A DNA stretch of 41,235 bases from Planococcus sp. (in: firmicutes) (GTDB lineage Bacteria > Bacillota > Bacilli > Bacillales_A > Planococcaceae). The number at the start of each line of letters is the position of its first letter. Positions within the stretch are counted from its first letter, which is position 1. Position numbers and translations under genes: made by a program. The notes below the pieces were generated by a model, which ran no database searches, had not been told where the DNA came from, and saw nothing but the letters and a program-made list of their open reading frames with translations. Shown one piece after another: positions 6,778-15,952 of the stretch. The DNA lies in assembly GCA_035461045.1 (NCBI GenBank), contig DATHVY010000177.1, positions 1 to 41,235 of the forward strand, in the 5' to 3' direction.

Positions 6778-7821
6778 TCACTGAGAAGTTTTGGATTCGA
6801 TATGGTAATGATCTGCAAGTTCGCTTTCGTTGAGGTTGGTCATATTCGACGTGTCTGGCTTTAATCCCAAATGACTTTGTAAGACATCTTGTACTTCCAT
6901 CAGGGATTCTTGATTGAGCTTCCAGTAATAGATGCCGGTACTCATGTCATCGTATCCATCCAATGTGATCGTTTCGACTTCAGGCATTCCGCCTTTGGCA
7001 TATTCAAAAAACGACTGCATATCCCGGAACGATAGATTTGTTTTCATATTGTCTCCGATTGCGTCGATTACGCTGCCGTAACGGGTAACGGAACCGGCTG
7101 ACAACGCTTTAGTCATGACAGCCTCGATAATCATCTGCTGGCGTTTGCCTCGTTCGATATCATTGTCCTGGCGGCGGGTTCTAGCCAAAGCAAGGGCTTC
7201 GCTGCCGTCGACGATCTGCATCCCTTTTTTTAACTCGATCGCATTTGCTACGTCATTTTCATCCTGTTCTTTCATATCATATGGAACATTTACTCGGATG
7301 CCGCCAAGCGCATCCACTACGTCTATGAAAGCTTCGAAATCCATCCGGACATAATAGTCAACGGGAATCTGCAAAAGGTTTTCAACGCTATCTATAGTGG
7401 ATTGTGCTCCATTAAAAGCATAGGCGTGGTTGATTTTATCTTCTTTGTCGGAGGCGGGTATATAAGTGTAAGTGTCCCTTGGTATGCTCACTAGTTTCAC
7501 GGATTTATCTTCATTATTCAATGTTGCGAGAACTAAAGCATCAGATCGGATATTGTTGTCACCCTGATCTCTTTTGCCGCTATCGTCCACTCCAATGAAA
7601 AGTATGGAGATATCATCGTTCAAAGGATCCACTTGTTCATCTCTCATATCAGAAGACTCGCTGGCTTCAAAAGCGCGATCCGCTGCATTTTCCGCTTTTT
7701 TGACCAAATATATTCCATATGCCGAGACGCAAATCAGCAAGGATGCGGCTAAGGTCAACATCACTTTAATGATGGTCCTTTTCCGGCTGGATTTATTGGT
7801 GCGGTGGTTTTTCCGGTTCAT
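6778..7821 (-). CDS. LytR-CpsA-Psr (LCP) family glycopolymer transferase (YvhJ/TagV-like)
   Basis: One TM helix; RSDAL, SIPRD, KINHAY, ALALARTR, DIERGKRQQ motifs. Confidence 0.92.
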   Translation of the reverse strand: MNRKNHRTNKSSRKRTIIKVMLTLAASLLICVSAYGIYLVKKAENAADRAFEASESSDMRDEQVDPLNDDISILFIGVDDSGKRDQGDNNIRSDALVLATLNNEDKSVKLVSIPRDTYTYIPASDKEDKINHAYAFNGAQSTIDSVENLLQIPVDYYVRMDFEAFIDVVDALGGIRVNVPYDMKEQDENDVANAIELKKGMQIVDGSEALALARTRRQDNDIERGKRQQMIIEAVMTKALSAGSVTRYGSVIDAIGDNMKTNLSFRDMQSFFEYAKGGMPEVETITLDGYDDMSTGIYYWKLNQESLMEVQDVLQSHLGLKPDTSNMTNLNESELADHYHIESKTSQ

Positions 7822-7968
7822 GGTTAAAACTCCTCTGGGTTAACCGAGTATTCAGTTCGGGTTCAGCCAATCATTTTTTCGGGTTTCGACAAAATTCCAT
7901 CATTTTACACGAACGCCCATTTTATTAATTATACAAGCTTTTAGTCTTTTCGTAAATAATAATTACCT

Positions 7969-8601
7969 TCAAATTTTGAATTCTAGGAATATATTTTTTT
8001 GGAAATTTATAACAGCTTGCCCGTTGGTCATCTCGTTCATCCACTCGGTAAACTCGTCTCTTTTTTCGACCGGAACAAATACAAAAACATCCACGCCTTC
8101 AGCATATTGGATTTCCTTTAACGGGTAATCGGATTGTCTCACTTCGTTTTCTATTTTTCCCAGCCAATTATAGTCGATACTAACTTTCACGAGATCATGC
8201 AAACGGCGTTCAACGATGCCGGATGCAGCGATCGCCTCGGTAGCGGATTTGCCATATGCCCGGATCAGTCCGCCTCCACCAAGTTTAATACCCCCAAAGT
8301 AACGGGTAACCACAATTACGGTGTCTTTAAGTTTTTGTTTTTTCAGCACTTCAAGAATCGGAACACCTGCAGTGCCACTCGGTTCACCATCGTCATTGGC
8401 CTTTTGGATTAAGTCGTGCTCTCCGATCAAATAAGCTGAACAATTATGATTGGCCGAACGGTGGAGCGTTTTTATCTGATCGATGAAGTCCAGTGCTTCT
8501 TGTTCAGTTTCAGCTCTGGCAGCATGGGCGATAAACCTGGACTTTTGGATGATAATCTCACTAGTGGCCATTTCGCCTACAGTCTTGTAATTTTCTCGCA
8601 T
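7969..8601 (-). CDS. yvyE: YigZ/IMPACT family protein (YvyE)
   Basis: KSRFIA, ANHNCSAY, DDGEPSGTAG, VTRYFGGIKLG.GGLIRAY; divergent from degS as in Bacillus. Confidence 0.92.
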   Translation of the reverse strand: MRENYKTVGEMATSEIIIQKSRFIAHAARAETEQEALDFIDQIKTLHRSANHNCSAYLIGEHDLIQKANDDGEPSGTAGVPILEVLKKQKLKDTVIVVTRYFGGIKLGGGGLIRAYGKSATEAIAASGIVERRLHDLVKVSIDYNWLGKIENEVRQSDYPLKEIQYAEGVDVFVFVPVEKRDEFTEWMNEMTNGQAVINFQKNIFLEFKI

Positions 8602-8756
8602 TTTATCTCCTCCTGTTGTAGAATATAGTCAGATAATTTGTAACGCATATTTAATATCAACTTGCTTATATAGTGATATACTTGATAAAGCTTAAACAGG
8701 CACAAAGGTGCAAGCTTTTCCTGCACAAGAGTAAGCATGGCTAAGGCGGTTGTAAG

Positions 8757-9902
8757 ATGAGTAAAAAGGGTAATGTGAAAGTACTGGACTCCATCTACAA
8801 TCAATTGCTGGGTCAGATGGAAGCTTCCAAGGATGAAATTTTCACAATCAGTGAAGAAAGTCGCCAAAGTTATGAAGAAATGAAAGACGAGCTAGAAGAT
8901 GTCAGGACCAATATCACCCGGCTCATCAAATCCGGGAATGTATACGAGGAACGGACTCGGGCAGCCCGGCGCCGTTTAGCGGAGGTATCCCAGTCTTTTG
9001 ATTCTTATACTGAGAAGCAAGTGGCAGAGGCATATGAGCAGGCTAACGAACTTCAAGTGCATCTTTCAAAAAACCGCAGCGAAGAAAAGAAATTTCGGCA
9101 AAAGAGAGATGCGCTGCAACGCAAGCTCCAAACTCTCCTGCAAACGATTGAACATTCCGAAAACCTTGTGAATCAGGTTAGTGTTGCCATGAATTACTTG
9201 ACGTCCGATTTTAAAAAAGAGGATGATGTAATTGGCGGCAACAAGTTAAGTCAAGATTATAGCCTTCGAATCATTGAAGCGCAAGAAGAAGAGCGGAAAC
9301 GTTTATCAAGAGAAATTCATGACGGCCCTGCTCAAATGATGGCGAATGTTCTGCTCCGTTCTGATTTAATTGAAAAGACATATCGCCAAAAAGGTCCCGA
9401 ACCCGCTTTTAAGGAAATTTCTTCCTTGAAAGAGATGGTTAGAGATGCGCTCACTGAAGTCAGAAGGATCATATATGATTTAAGGCCGATGGCGCTTGAT
9501 GATTTAGGGTTAGTGCCTACCTTGAAGAAATATTTGGAGACGATCGAAGATTATAATACTGATGTTCAATTGCATTTCCATTGTAGAGGCAATGAAGTTC
9601 GGTTGCCCAATAACCATGAATCTTCAATTTTTCGCCTTGTGCAGGAAGCGGTTTCAAATGCAATTCGTCATGGGAAAGCAACATATATCGATGTCGATGC
9701 AGAATGGATGAAAGAGCAACTGACTTTGACTGTTAAGGACAATGGCAGTGGTTTCGACCAAAGCATCGTGAAAAAACAGTCTTACGGGTTAATCGGGATG
9801 AAAGAGCGGATCGAGTTGGTCAAGGGGGACTTTAACATCAAGTCTTCACCTGGCAACGGTACAGTTTTAAAGTTTCAAATTCCAATTCAATTGGATGGTT
9901 AA
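8757..9902 (+). CDS. degS: cytoplasmic sensor histidine kinase DegS
   Basis: Coiled-coil N-terminus; H-box EEERKRLSREIHDGPAQ; DLRPMALDDLGL; DNGSGF; synteny. Confidence 0.92.
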   Translation: MSKKGNVKVLDSIYNQLLGQMEASKDEIFTISEESRQSYEEMKDELEDVRTNITRLIKSGNVYEERTRAARRRLAEVSQSFDSYTEKQVAEAYEQANELQVHLSKNRSEEKKFRQKRDALQRKLQTLLQTIEHSENLVNQVSVAMNYLTSDFKKEDDVIGGNKLSQDYSLRIIEAQEEERKRLSREIHDGPAQMMANVLLRSDLIEKTYRQKGPEPAFKEISSLKEMVRDALTEVRRIIYDLRPMALDDLGLVPTLKKYLETIEDYNTDVQLHFHCRGNEVRLPNNHESSIFRLVQEAVSNAIRHGKATYIDVDAEWMKEQLTLTVKDNGSGFDQSIVKKQSYGLIGMKERIELVKGDFNIKSSPGNGTVLKFQIPIQLDG

Positions 9903-9929
9903 GATAAGGTATTCGAGGAGGACAACATA

Positions 9930-10604
9930 ATGACAAAAATAATCATAGTAGACGATCATCAACTTTTCCGCGAAGGAGTTAAACGAATTCTGGATTTCGA
10001 GGATTCCTTCGATGTAGTGGCTGAAGGCGGGGATGGAACAGAAGTCATCAAATTATACGAAGAAAACAAACCCGACGTGGTATTGATGGATATCAATATG
10101 CCGGAAAAAAATGGTGTGGAGGCAACTGGTGAACTGATCGAAAAATTCCCGGATGCCAAAGTCATTATGCTGTCTATTCACGACGATGAATCTTACGTCA
10201 CACACGCACTGAAAACTGGTGCTTTGGGCTACATGCTGAAAGAGATGGACGCGGAAGCAATTATCCAGGCGATTAAAGTTGTTGCTAAAGGTGGGTCTTA
10301 CTTGCACCCGAAAGTAACGCGCAACCTTGTCATGGAGTTCCGTCGCTTGAGCGAACGCGAAAACAAAGGCTCATTCCATCAAACGGAAATTCGCCGGCCT
10401 TACCACCTGCTGACGAAGCGCGAAAGCGAAGTTTTGCAATTATTGACGGACGGACAAAGCAATCGAGTAATCGGTGAAACCCTGTTCATCTCAGAAAAAA
10501 CGGTCAAAAACCATGTTTCAAGCATTCTGCAAAAAATGCAAGTGAATGACCGGACCCAAGCGGTAGTGACCGCTATAAAAAATGGTTGGGTAGAAGTTCG
10601 ATAA
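9930..10604 (+). CDS. degU: response regulator DegU
   Basis: [17 protein letters not shown] receiver; Lux[27 protein letters not shown]. Confidence 0.96.
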   Translation: MTKIIIVDDHQLFREGVKRILDFEDSFDVVAEGGDGTEVIKLYEENKPDVVLMDINMPEKNGVEATGELIEKFPDAKVIMLSIHDDESYVTHALKTGALGYMLKEMDAEAIIQAIKVVAKGGSYLHPKVTRNLVMEFRRLSERENKGSFHQTEIRRPYHLLTKRESEVLQLLTDGQSNRVIGETLFISEKTVKNHVSSILQKMQVNDRTQAVVTAIKNGWVEVR

Positions 10605-10616
10605 ACAAAGTGCAGC

Positions 10617-10647
10617 AAACCCCACAGAGCTCCTGTGGGGTTTTTTT
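10617..10647 (+). terminator. intrinsic terminator after degU
   Basis: AAACCCCACAG / CTGTGGGGTTT + T run. Confidence 0.85.
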
Positions 10648-10724
10648 GGCGGCCATTTAGTCACAGTTTCTCCATTGTATTCGAGCTAGGGCTGTGGGAA
10701 AATGTAGCGCAGGAGGTGTATTTG

Positions 10725-11285
10725 ATGAAAAAGATGCTAATGTTTGCAGGTTTGTTCCTGATGCTCGGTGCGTGTTCGGCTGGAGAAGAAGGCGCAGTCA
10801 ATGAAAACAGTGCCGCAGACAGCGATTTAACCAATGAAAATAATGCGATCGACCACGGGATTGAAGATAAATCAGTCGGATTTACCATGGAAGACGATGG
10901 CAACGTCGTGGAAGCGGATGTGCCGCCTGAAGAGGCGGATAAAATCCTGGCCGCATACCAGGAGTATATAACTTCGTTTAATGCTGAAGATTTGGATCGA
11001 TACATGGCGGTAATCGCTGAAGAACCGGCAGGCTTTGATCGTGAGGAAGATATGGCAGCGTTGACCGAAGCTTTTGAAACCTATGATACAACCTACCAGA
11101 CCAGCAATGAGACCATTGTAAAGTATGAAGAAGACAGAGCAGAAGTGTTTGCCGAAGTGGAAGTGGAGATGGTCGAAACCGGTACAAGCCGGAACGTCAC
11201 CCAGACCGGTCGCCAAGTCGTCGTATTTGTGAATGAAGAAGGCAACTGGAAACTCACGAGTCTTCATTTTATAGGCAATCAATGA
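10725..11285 (+). CDS. acidic lipoprotein with NTF2-like domain
   Basis: AGGAGG RBS; lipobox LGA-C; Y.TSFNAEDLDRYM...VFVNEEGNWKLT typical of SnoaL/NTF2-like folds. Confidence 0.7.
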   Translation: MKKMLMFAGLFLMLGACSAGEEGAVNENSAADSDLTNENNAIDHGIEDKSVGFTMEDDGNVVEADVPPEEADKILAAYQEYITSFNAEDLDRYMAVIAEEPAGFDREEDMAALTEAFETYDTTYQTSNETIVKYEEDRAEVFAEVEVEMVETGTSRNVTQTGRQVVVFVNEEGNWKLTSLHFIGNQ

Positions 11286-11372
11286 GCGGCTTCCCGATAA
11301 TTTCGGGAGGTTGTTTTATTTTATAGAAGTATCGACATTTTTTGGTAAAATGGATAGGAGAGGGATGAGAAA

Positions 11373-12209
11373 ATGAAAACTGCAATCTTGACAGACAGCA
11401 CTTCATATATTTCAAAAGAAATACGTGAAGAGCTTGATATCCACATGATTCCCTTGCAAGTAATCTTTAAAAATGAATCTTTCAAGGAAGAAATGGAATT
11501 GGATAGTGAAACGTTTTATCGGAAAACCAGGGCGGAACTGCCGAAAACTTCTCAGCCGCCATTAGGGGAGTTCGTGAACTGCTTTGATGATTTGGCAAAA
11601 AGGTTTGATGCGGTCATTTCGATTCATCTTTCGAGCGGCATCAGTGGAACATGCTCAGGAGCGATGCAAGCCGGCCAAATGGTCGAAGGAATCGACGTAC
11701 TTGTGTTCGACTCAGAAGTATCCTGCGCCATGCAAGGCTTTTACGTAATAAAAGCGGCCAAGATGGCGAAGGCTGGCGAAAGCCCGGAACGGATACTGGC
11801 CGAACTGGAAGGGATGAAACATTCACTTCGCGCTTATTTTATGGTAGACGACTTACAGCATCTTCAGCGGGGCGGCCGCCTTTCAGGCGCGCAGGCTTTG
11901 ATCGGGGGCATGCTCCAAATCAAGCCGGTCCTGCATTTCGACAACAAAGAGATTGTGCCTTATGAAAAGATCAGAACCCGAAAAAAAGCGATGAACCGGA
12001 TTGTTGAACTGCTGAAAGAAGATGTGGCCTCTGGGGATGCCATTCAAGCGACCCTCATCCATGCGAACCGTCCGGCTGAGGCCGCAGAATGGTTGATTGA
12101 ATTGGAAGAGAAGCTGCCACAAGTGGATTTTGGAATATCGTATTTTGGGCCAGTTATCGGTACCCATCTAGGCGAAGGGTCAATGGGGATTGGGTGGGTA
12201 AAAAAATAA
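11373..12209 (+). CDS. degV: DegV/FakB family fatty-acid-binding protein
   Basis: ILTDST, PKTSQP, HLSSGISGT, L.RGGR, GPVIGTHLG motifs. Confidence 0.93.
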   Translation: MKTAILTDSTSYISKEIREELDIHMIPLQVIFKNESFKEEMELDSETFYRKTRAELPKTSQPPLGEFVNCFDDLAKRFDAVISIHLSSGISGTCSGAMQAGQMVEGIDVLVFDSEVSCAMQGFYVIKAAKMAKAGESPERILAELEGMKHSLRAYFMVDDLQHLQRGGRLSGAQALIGGMLQIKPVLHFDNKEIVPYEKIRTRKKAMNRIVELLKEDVASGDAIQATLIHANRPAEAAEWLIELEEKLPQVDFGISYFGPVIGTHLGEGSMGIGWVKK

Positions 12210-12240
12210 ATCGCCGGACCATCTGAAATTTGAAAGGAAG

Positions 12241-13575
12241 ATGCTTTTGAATGAGTTACGTGATTTTTTAGTTGGCCGCATATGGCTGAGAAGCCACCTC
12301 CCTTTTCCGAAAGAAGTTGTTGATGCGGCAATTGAACAAGGAAGGGTGGAAGTGGTAAAAGGAATTACAGACAGGGGAGAATGTTGCCGCTGTCTGGAAA
12401 CTTCGCAAGACAAGATTGTCTCTTTCTATTGTTCCAAGTGCAGCAAAGTTTGCCGCTATTGTCGAAATTGCATTCAAATGGGCCGTGTCAGCTCCTGCAG
12501 CGAGCTGGTTCTATGGTCAGACTCTCCACCACCCCCACAGTCCATCCACTCGTTTGCCTGGAAAGGTGAACTCACAGTTTCCCAGCAAACCGCTTCTTCT
12601 GCGATTATCCGAAGTCTTAGTTTACGCCAATCTCATCTTGTCTATGCTGTCTGTGGAGCAGGAAAAACTGAATTATTGTTTCCTGTCATTTTTGATGAGC
12701 TTCAAAGGGGACATCGAATTTGCATTGCGGCTCCCCGGGTAGACGTGATATTGGAATTGGCTCCTCGTATCCAATCCGCTTTTCCTGAAACTCTCCTGCA
12801 CGTTCTATACGGTGACTCTCCCCAAGAAACCGGGTTCGCCACTATTGTCCTCGCCACTACCCATCAACTTTTCAGATTCCAGTCCGCATTTGATGTGCTT
12901 ATTGTGGATGAAGCCGACGCTTTTCCGTATTCCATGGACCTCTCCCTGGAGCGAGCGGTGGGAAAATCGATAAAAGGCGACTCACCCATTGTTTACGTCA
13001 CAGCCACACCATCTCGAAAACTTTTGAGAAAGACCCCCAACCGATCGGAGATTTTCCAGCGATTCCACGGGCATCCTCTGCCCGTACCTCAATTTGCCTC
13101 TCTCTGGAATTATGAAAAAGCCTTATTAAAAAACCGCTTGCCCGAGAAACTGAAAGCGTGGACAAAGAGCAAGTTGGAGAAGAAAGAGCCGTTTCTGATT
13201 TTTCTCCCTACCATCGAGTTGATCTCCTTAGCGATTCCGTTATTTAAAGAGCTGCACCCAGGCATTGAAGCTGTTCATGCTTCGGATGACAATAGAAAAG
13301 AAAAGATAATGGCGTTGCGCAATAAAGAAGTGCCCGGAGTCCTGACATCCACCATTTTGGAGCGGGGCATTACCATACAGAATGTCCAAGTGGCAGTGGT
13401 AGGTGCAGATCATCCGGTTTTCACCGCTTCGGCTTTGATTCAAATTGCGGGGCGAGTCGGCAGGGCCTCCGAATTTCCAGATGGGGATGTTATTTACTTC
13501 CATAACGGCAAGACTTTGCAAATGGATCAGGCTAGACGTGAGATCAAAGGTTATAACCGGCAAGGTGGTGAATGA
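12241..13575 (+). CDS. comFA: competence DEAD-box helicase ComFA
   Basis: Cys-rich Zn motif, AVCGAGKT, DEADAFP, TATP, ILERGITI, QIAGRVGR. Confidence 0.92.
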   Translation: MLLNELRDFLVGRIWLRSHLPFPKEVVDAAIEQGRVEVVKGITDRGECCRCLETSQDKIVSFYCSKCSKVCRYCRNCIQMGRVSSCSELVLWSDSPPPPQSIHSFAWKGELTVSQQTASSAIIRSLSLRQSHLVYAVCGAGKTELLFPVIFDELQRGHRICIAAPRVDVILELAPRIQSAFPETLLHVLYGDSPQETGFATIVLATTHQLFRFQSAFDVLIVDEADAFPYSMDLSLERAVGKSIKGDSPIVYVTATPSRKLLRKTPNRSEIFQRFHGHPLPVPQFASLWNYEKALLKNRLPEKLKAWTKSKLEKKEPFLIFLPTIELISLAIPLFKELHPGIEAVHASDDNRKEKIMALRNKEVPGVLTSTILERGITIQNVQVAVVGADHPVFTASALIQIAGRVGRASEFPDGDVIYFHNGKTLQMDQARREIKGYNRQGGE

Positions 13576-13576
13576 T

Positions 13577-14236
13577 GTGAAATGCTATTTATGTGATGGT
13601 GAAATGCAATCCGCGCATTCATGGAGGGAACTTTTTTTCAATGATATCCAGGAAGTGGCTTGCGTCAAATGCAAAGAGGGTTTTCTTGGAATGGGCGGCC
13701 CGGGTTGTCGTATCTGCGGACTGCCCGGTGATAAACTGTGCATCGATTGTGTACGATGGGAAGAAACGAGTTACCGGGGAGTGATTGGGTCTGGGACTTC
13801 TTTGTTCACGTACAATGAGGCCATGAAAACCTATCTGCATCAATATAAGTTTTTACAAGACGTGTTGCTGTCAGAGGTTTTTGCCAAAGAAATCAGTGCA
13901 TCATTAAAAAAAGAACAAGCAGTCCTAATCCCGATTCCAATGAATCCGGAGAAATTAAAGGAGCGGACCTTCCCACACGTAGAGCGGCTGCTCGATGCAG
14001 CAGGTTTGGAGTATGTGCAACTGTTGGAAAAAAACGCAGACATACAGAGCAAGAAAACGAAAGAGGAGCGGTTGAACTCAAAACCGCTGTTTACCCACAA
14101 CGGCCAAAGGATTCCCGCCCGCGTGATGTTGGTTGACGATTTATACACAACTGGCACGACGATGCGCCACGCTGCCAAGATCTTGAAGGAAGGCGGTGCC
14201 CGGGATATCCGGATTTTCACTTTAATCAGAGGGTGA
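13577..14236 (+). CDS. comFC: competence protein ComFC (Zn finger + PRTase-like)
   Basis: GTG start behind AAGGTGGTG; CxxC pairs; LVDDLYTTGTT PRT motif. Confidence 0.88.
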   Translation: MKCYLCDGEMQSAHSWRELFFNDIQEVACVKCKEGFLGMGGPGCRICGLPGDKLCIDCVRWEETSYRGVIGSGTSLFTYNEAMKTYLHQYKFLQDVLLSEVFAKEISASLKKEQAVLIPIPMNPEKLKERTFPHVERLLDAAGLEYVQLLEKNADIQSKKTKEERLNSKPLFTHNGQRIPARVMLVDDLYTTGTTMRHAAKILKEGGARDIRIFTLIRG

Positions 14237-14294
14237 AGGGATTGTGCAGTCCATATAAAAAAGCCGGCCATTGCCGGCCGGCAGTTGAGATTTG

Positions 14295-15002
14295 TTAATG
14301 TTCGTAAATCATCTTTCGTGTCATGCCGCCGTCTATTTTAATGCACTCTCCTGTAATGAAGGAATTGCGAGGATCGCAAAGAAACAGGCAGGCGCGCGCA
14401 ATGTCAGCTCCGTCACCCACTCTGCCGCTCCAATGCTGATGTTTGTCTTTGTCACGCAATTCCTCATGATCTCCAGTATGGATCCAGCCCGGAGCGATTG
14501 CATTGACCCGGATACTCATTTCACTGAGCGTTGCTGCAAGCGAATGAGTCAAAGCGTAAATCCCGCCTTTTGAAGCGGAATAACATTCGGTATTCGGCTC
14601 AGACATGAATGCGCGTGTCGAGGCCATATTCACGATGGAGCGGACATCGTCAGTCATGAACCGCGCCGCTTCACGGCTGCAAATAAAGACGCTTTTCAAA
14701 TTGGTGTTCAACACATGATCCCAATCTGCCTCTTCAACCTCCCAAATCGATTTGAATTCGGAAAGTCCGGCATTGTTGATGAGTGCATGTATCGGACCAT
14801 GCGTATCATGGATATCGGCAAAGGTTCTTTTCACTTCTTCAAAATTTCCCACATCGCAGATTCTGGACTCCACGCCTTCAATCTCCACTTCTTCGATATC
14901 AAGTCCGATCACTTTAGCATTTTCGTTGACAAAATGTTCAGCTATGCTGGCACCGATGCCATTTGCCGCACCAGTGACGACAATGGTTTTACTTTTTAAC
15001 AT
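14295..15002 (-). CDS. short-chain dehydrogenase/reductase
   Basis: TGAANGIG, NNAG, YSASKGG, RVNAIAPG. Confidence 0.92.
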   Translation of the reverse strand: MLKSKTIVVTGAANGIGASIAEHFVNENAKVIGLDIEEVEIEGVESRICDVGNFEEVKRTFADIHDTHGPIHALINNAGLSEFKSIWEVEEADWDHVLNTNLKSVFICSREAARFMTDDVRSIVNMASTRAFMSEPNTECYSASKGGIYALTHSLAATLSEMSIRVNAIAPGWIHTGDHEELRDKDKHQHWSGRVGDGADIARACLFLCDPRNSFITGECIKIDGGMTRKMIYEH

Positions 15003-15060
15003 AATATTCAGCTCCTTGTCATATTCTTTACCTGAAATTTGCTTTAACGAAACTTTTTTA

Positions 15061-15097
15061 GTTTTAAGCAGGAATGCAAAGGGAACATATAGAATGA
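15061..15097 (+). promoter_or_regulatory. overlapping SigB and SigH-type promoters of hpf
   Basis: GTTTTA-N14-GGGAAC (15061-15086) and GCAGGAATG-N12-ATAGAATGA (15068-15097); B. subtilis hpf (yvyD) has SigB and SigH promoters. Confidence 0.7.
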
Positions 15098-15130
15098 AAC
15101 AAGTAAGCAGACAATGAAGGAGGAGTTTAC

Positions 15131-15694
15131 ATGCTGCAATTCAATATTAGAGGCGAAAACATCGAGGTAACTCCAGCAATTCGGGAACACATCGAAAAGA
15201 AAGTCCAAAAAATTGAAAGATATTTTACAGATGGTGCCAATGCAACTGCAATGGTTAACTTAAAAACCTATAATAATAGCCAAACAAAAGTAGAAGTTAC
15301 AATTCCGATGAAAAACCTGACATTACGTGCCGAGGAAAGGCACGATGAAATGTATGCGGCAATCGATTTGATCGTCAGCAAACTGGAACGTCAAATCCGT
15401 AAATATAAAACCAAAGTAAACCGTAAATTCCGTGACCGTGATGGAATTGGAGTTGCTTTTGCAGCTGCTGAACAATCCGCGAATGCCGCGGAATATGGTG
15501 ATGAGGACGAGGACTTCACAATCGTCCGCACAAAACAATTCGATTTGAAACCGATGGATGAAGAAGAAGCGGTATTGCAGATGAATATGCTTGGCCACAA
15601 TTTCTTCGTTTTCACAGATGCCGAATCAAATGGCACAAACATTGTCTATAAACGTAAAGACGGAACATACGGATTGATTGAAACCAATACGTAA
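15131..15694 (+). CDS. hpf: ribosome hibernation promoting factor (long HPF)
   Basis: [49 protein letters not shown]. Confidence 0.96.
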   Translation: MLQFNIRGENIEVTPAIREHIEKKVQKIERYFTDGANATAMVNLKTYNNSQTKVEVTIPMKNLTLRAEERHDEMYAAIDLIVSKLERQIRKYKTKVNRKFRDRDGIGVAFAAAEQSANAAEYGDEDEDFTIVRTKQFDLKPMDEEEAVLQMNMLGHNFFVFTDAESNGTNIVYKRKDGTYGLIETNT

Positions 15695-15706
15695 AAATTC
15701 CATTTT

Positions 15707-15733
15707 AAGCCTCTCCTTGTGAGAGGCTTTTTT
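15707..15733 (+). terminator. intrinsic terminator after hpf
   Basis: AAGCCTCTC / GAGAGGCTT + T run. Confidence 0.85.
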
Positions 15734-15778
15734 GATGGATAGATAGTGATTGGCACCTTTTGACAGGCTACCGGATTC

Positions 15779-15807
15779 TTGCACCGTTTTCGCTGCAGTG
15801 TTAAAAT
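15779..15807 (+). promoter_or_regulatory. SigA promoter of secA
   Basis: TTGCAC-N17-TAAAAT with TG extended -10. Confidence 0.7.
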
Positions 15808-15952
15808 GAAGAGTGACAATTTTGAAACTGTTTTCAATGGATGTTAAGAGAACGCATTTGAAGAAACTTTAAAGCCAAAATGACATACACGAAGAGAAAA
15901 GCTTCCGGCCCTCATCAGGGGATGCCGGATATTAAGCAGGGAGCGGTTATTG

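Noticed and set aside
6763-6792. Perfect 14-bp inverted repeat over the LCP stop codon as a mobile-element end
   Set aside because: More simply a second terminator hairpin for the minus-strand gene; no transposase or target duplication
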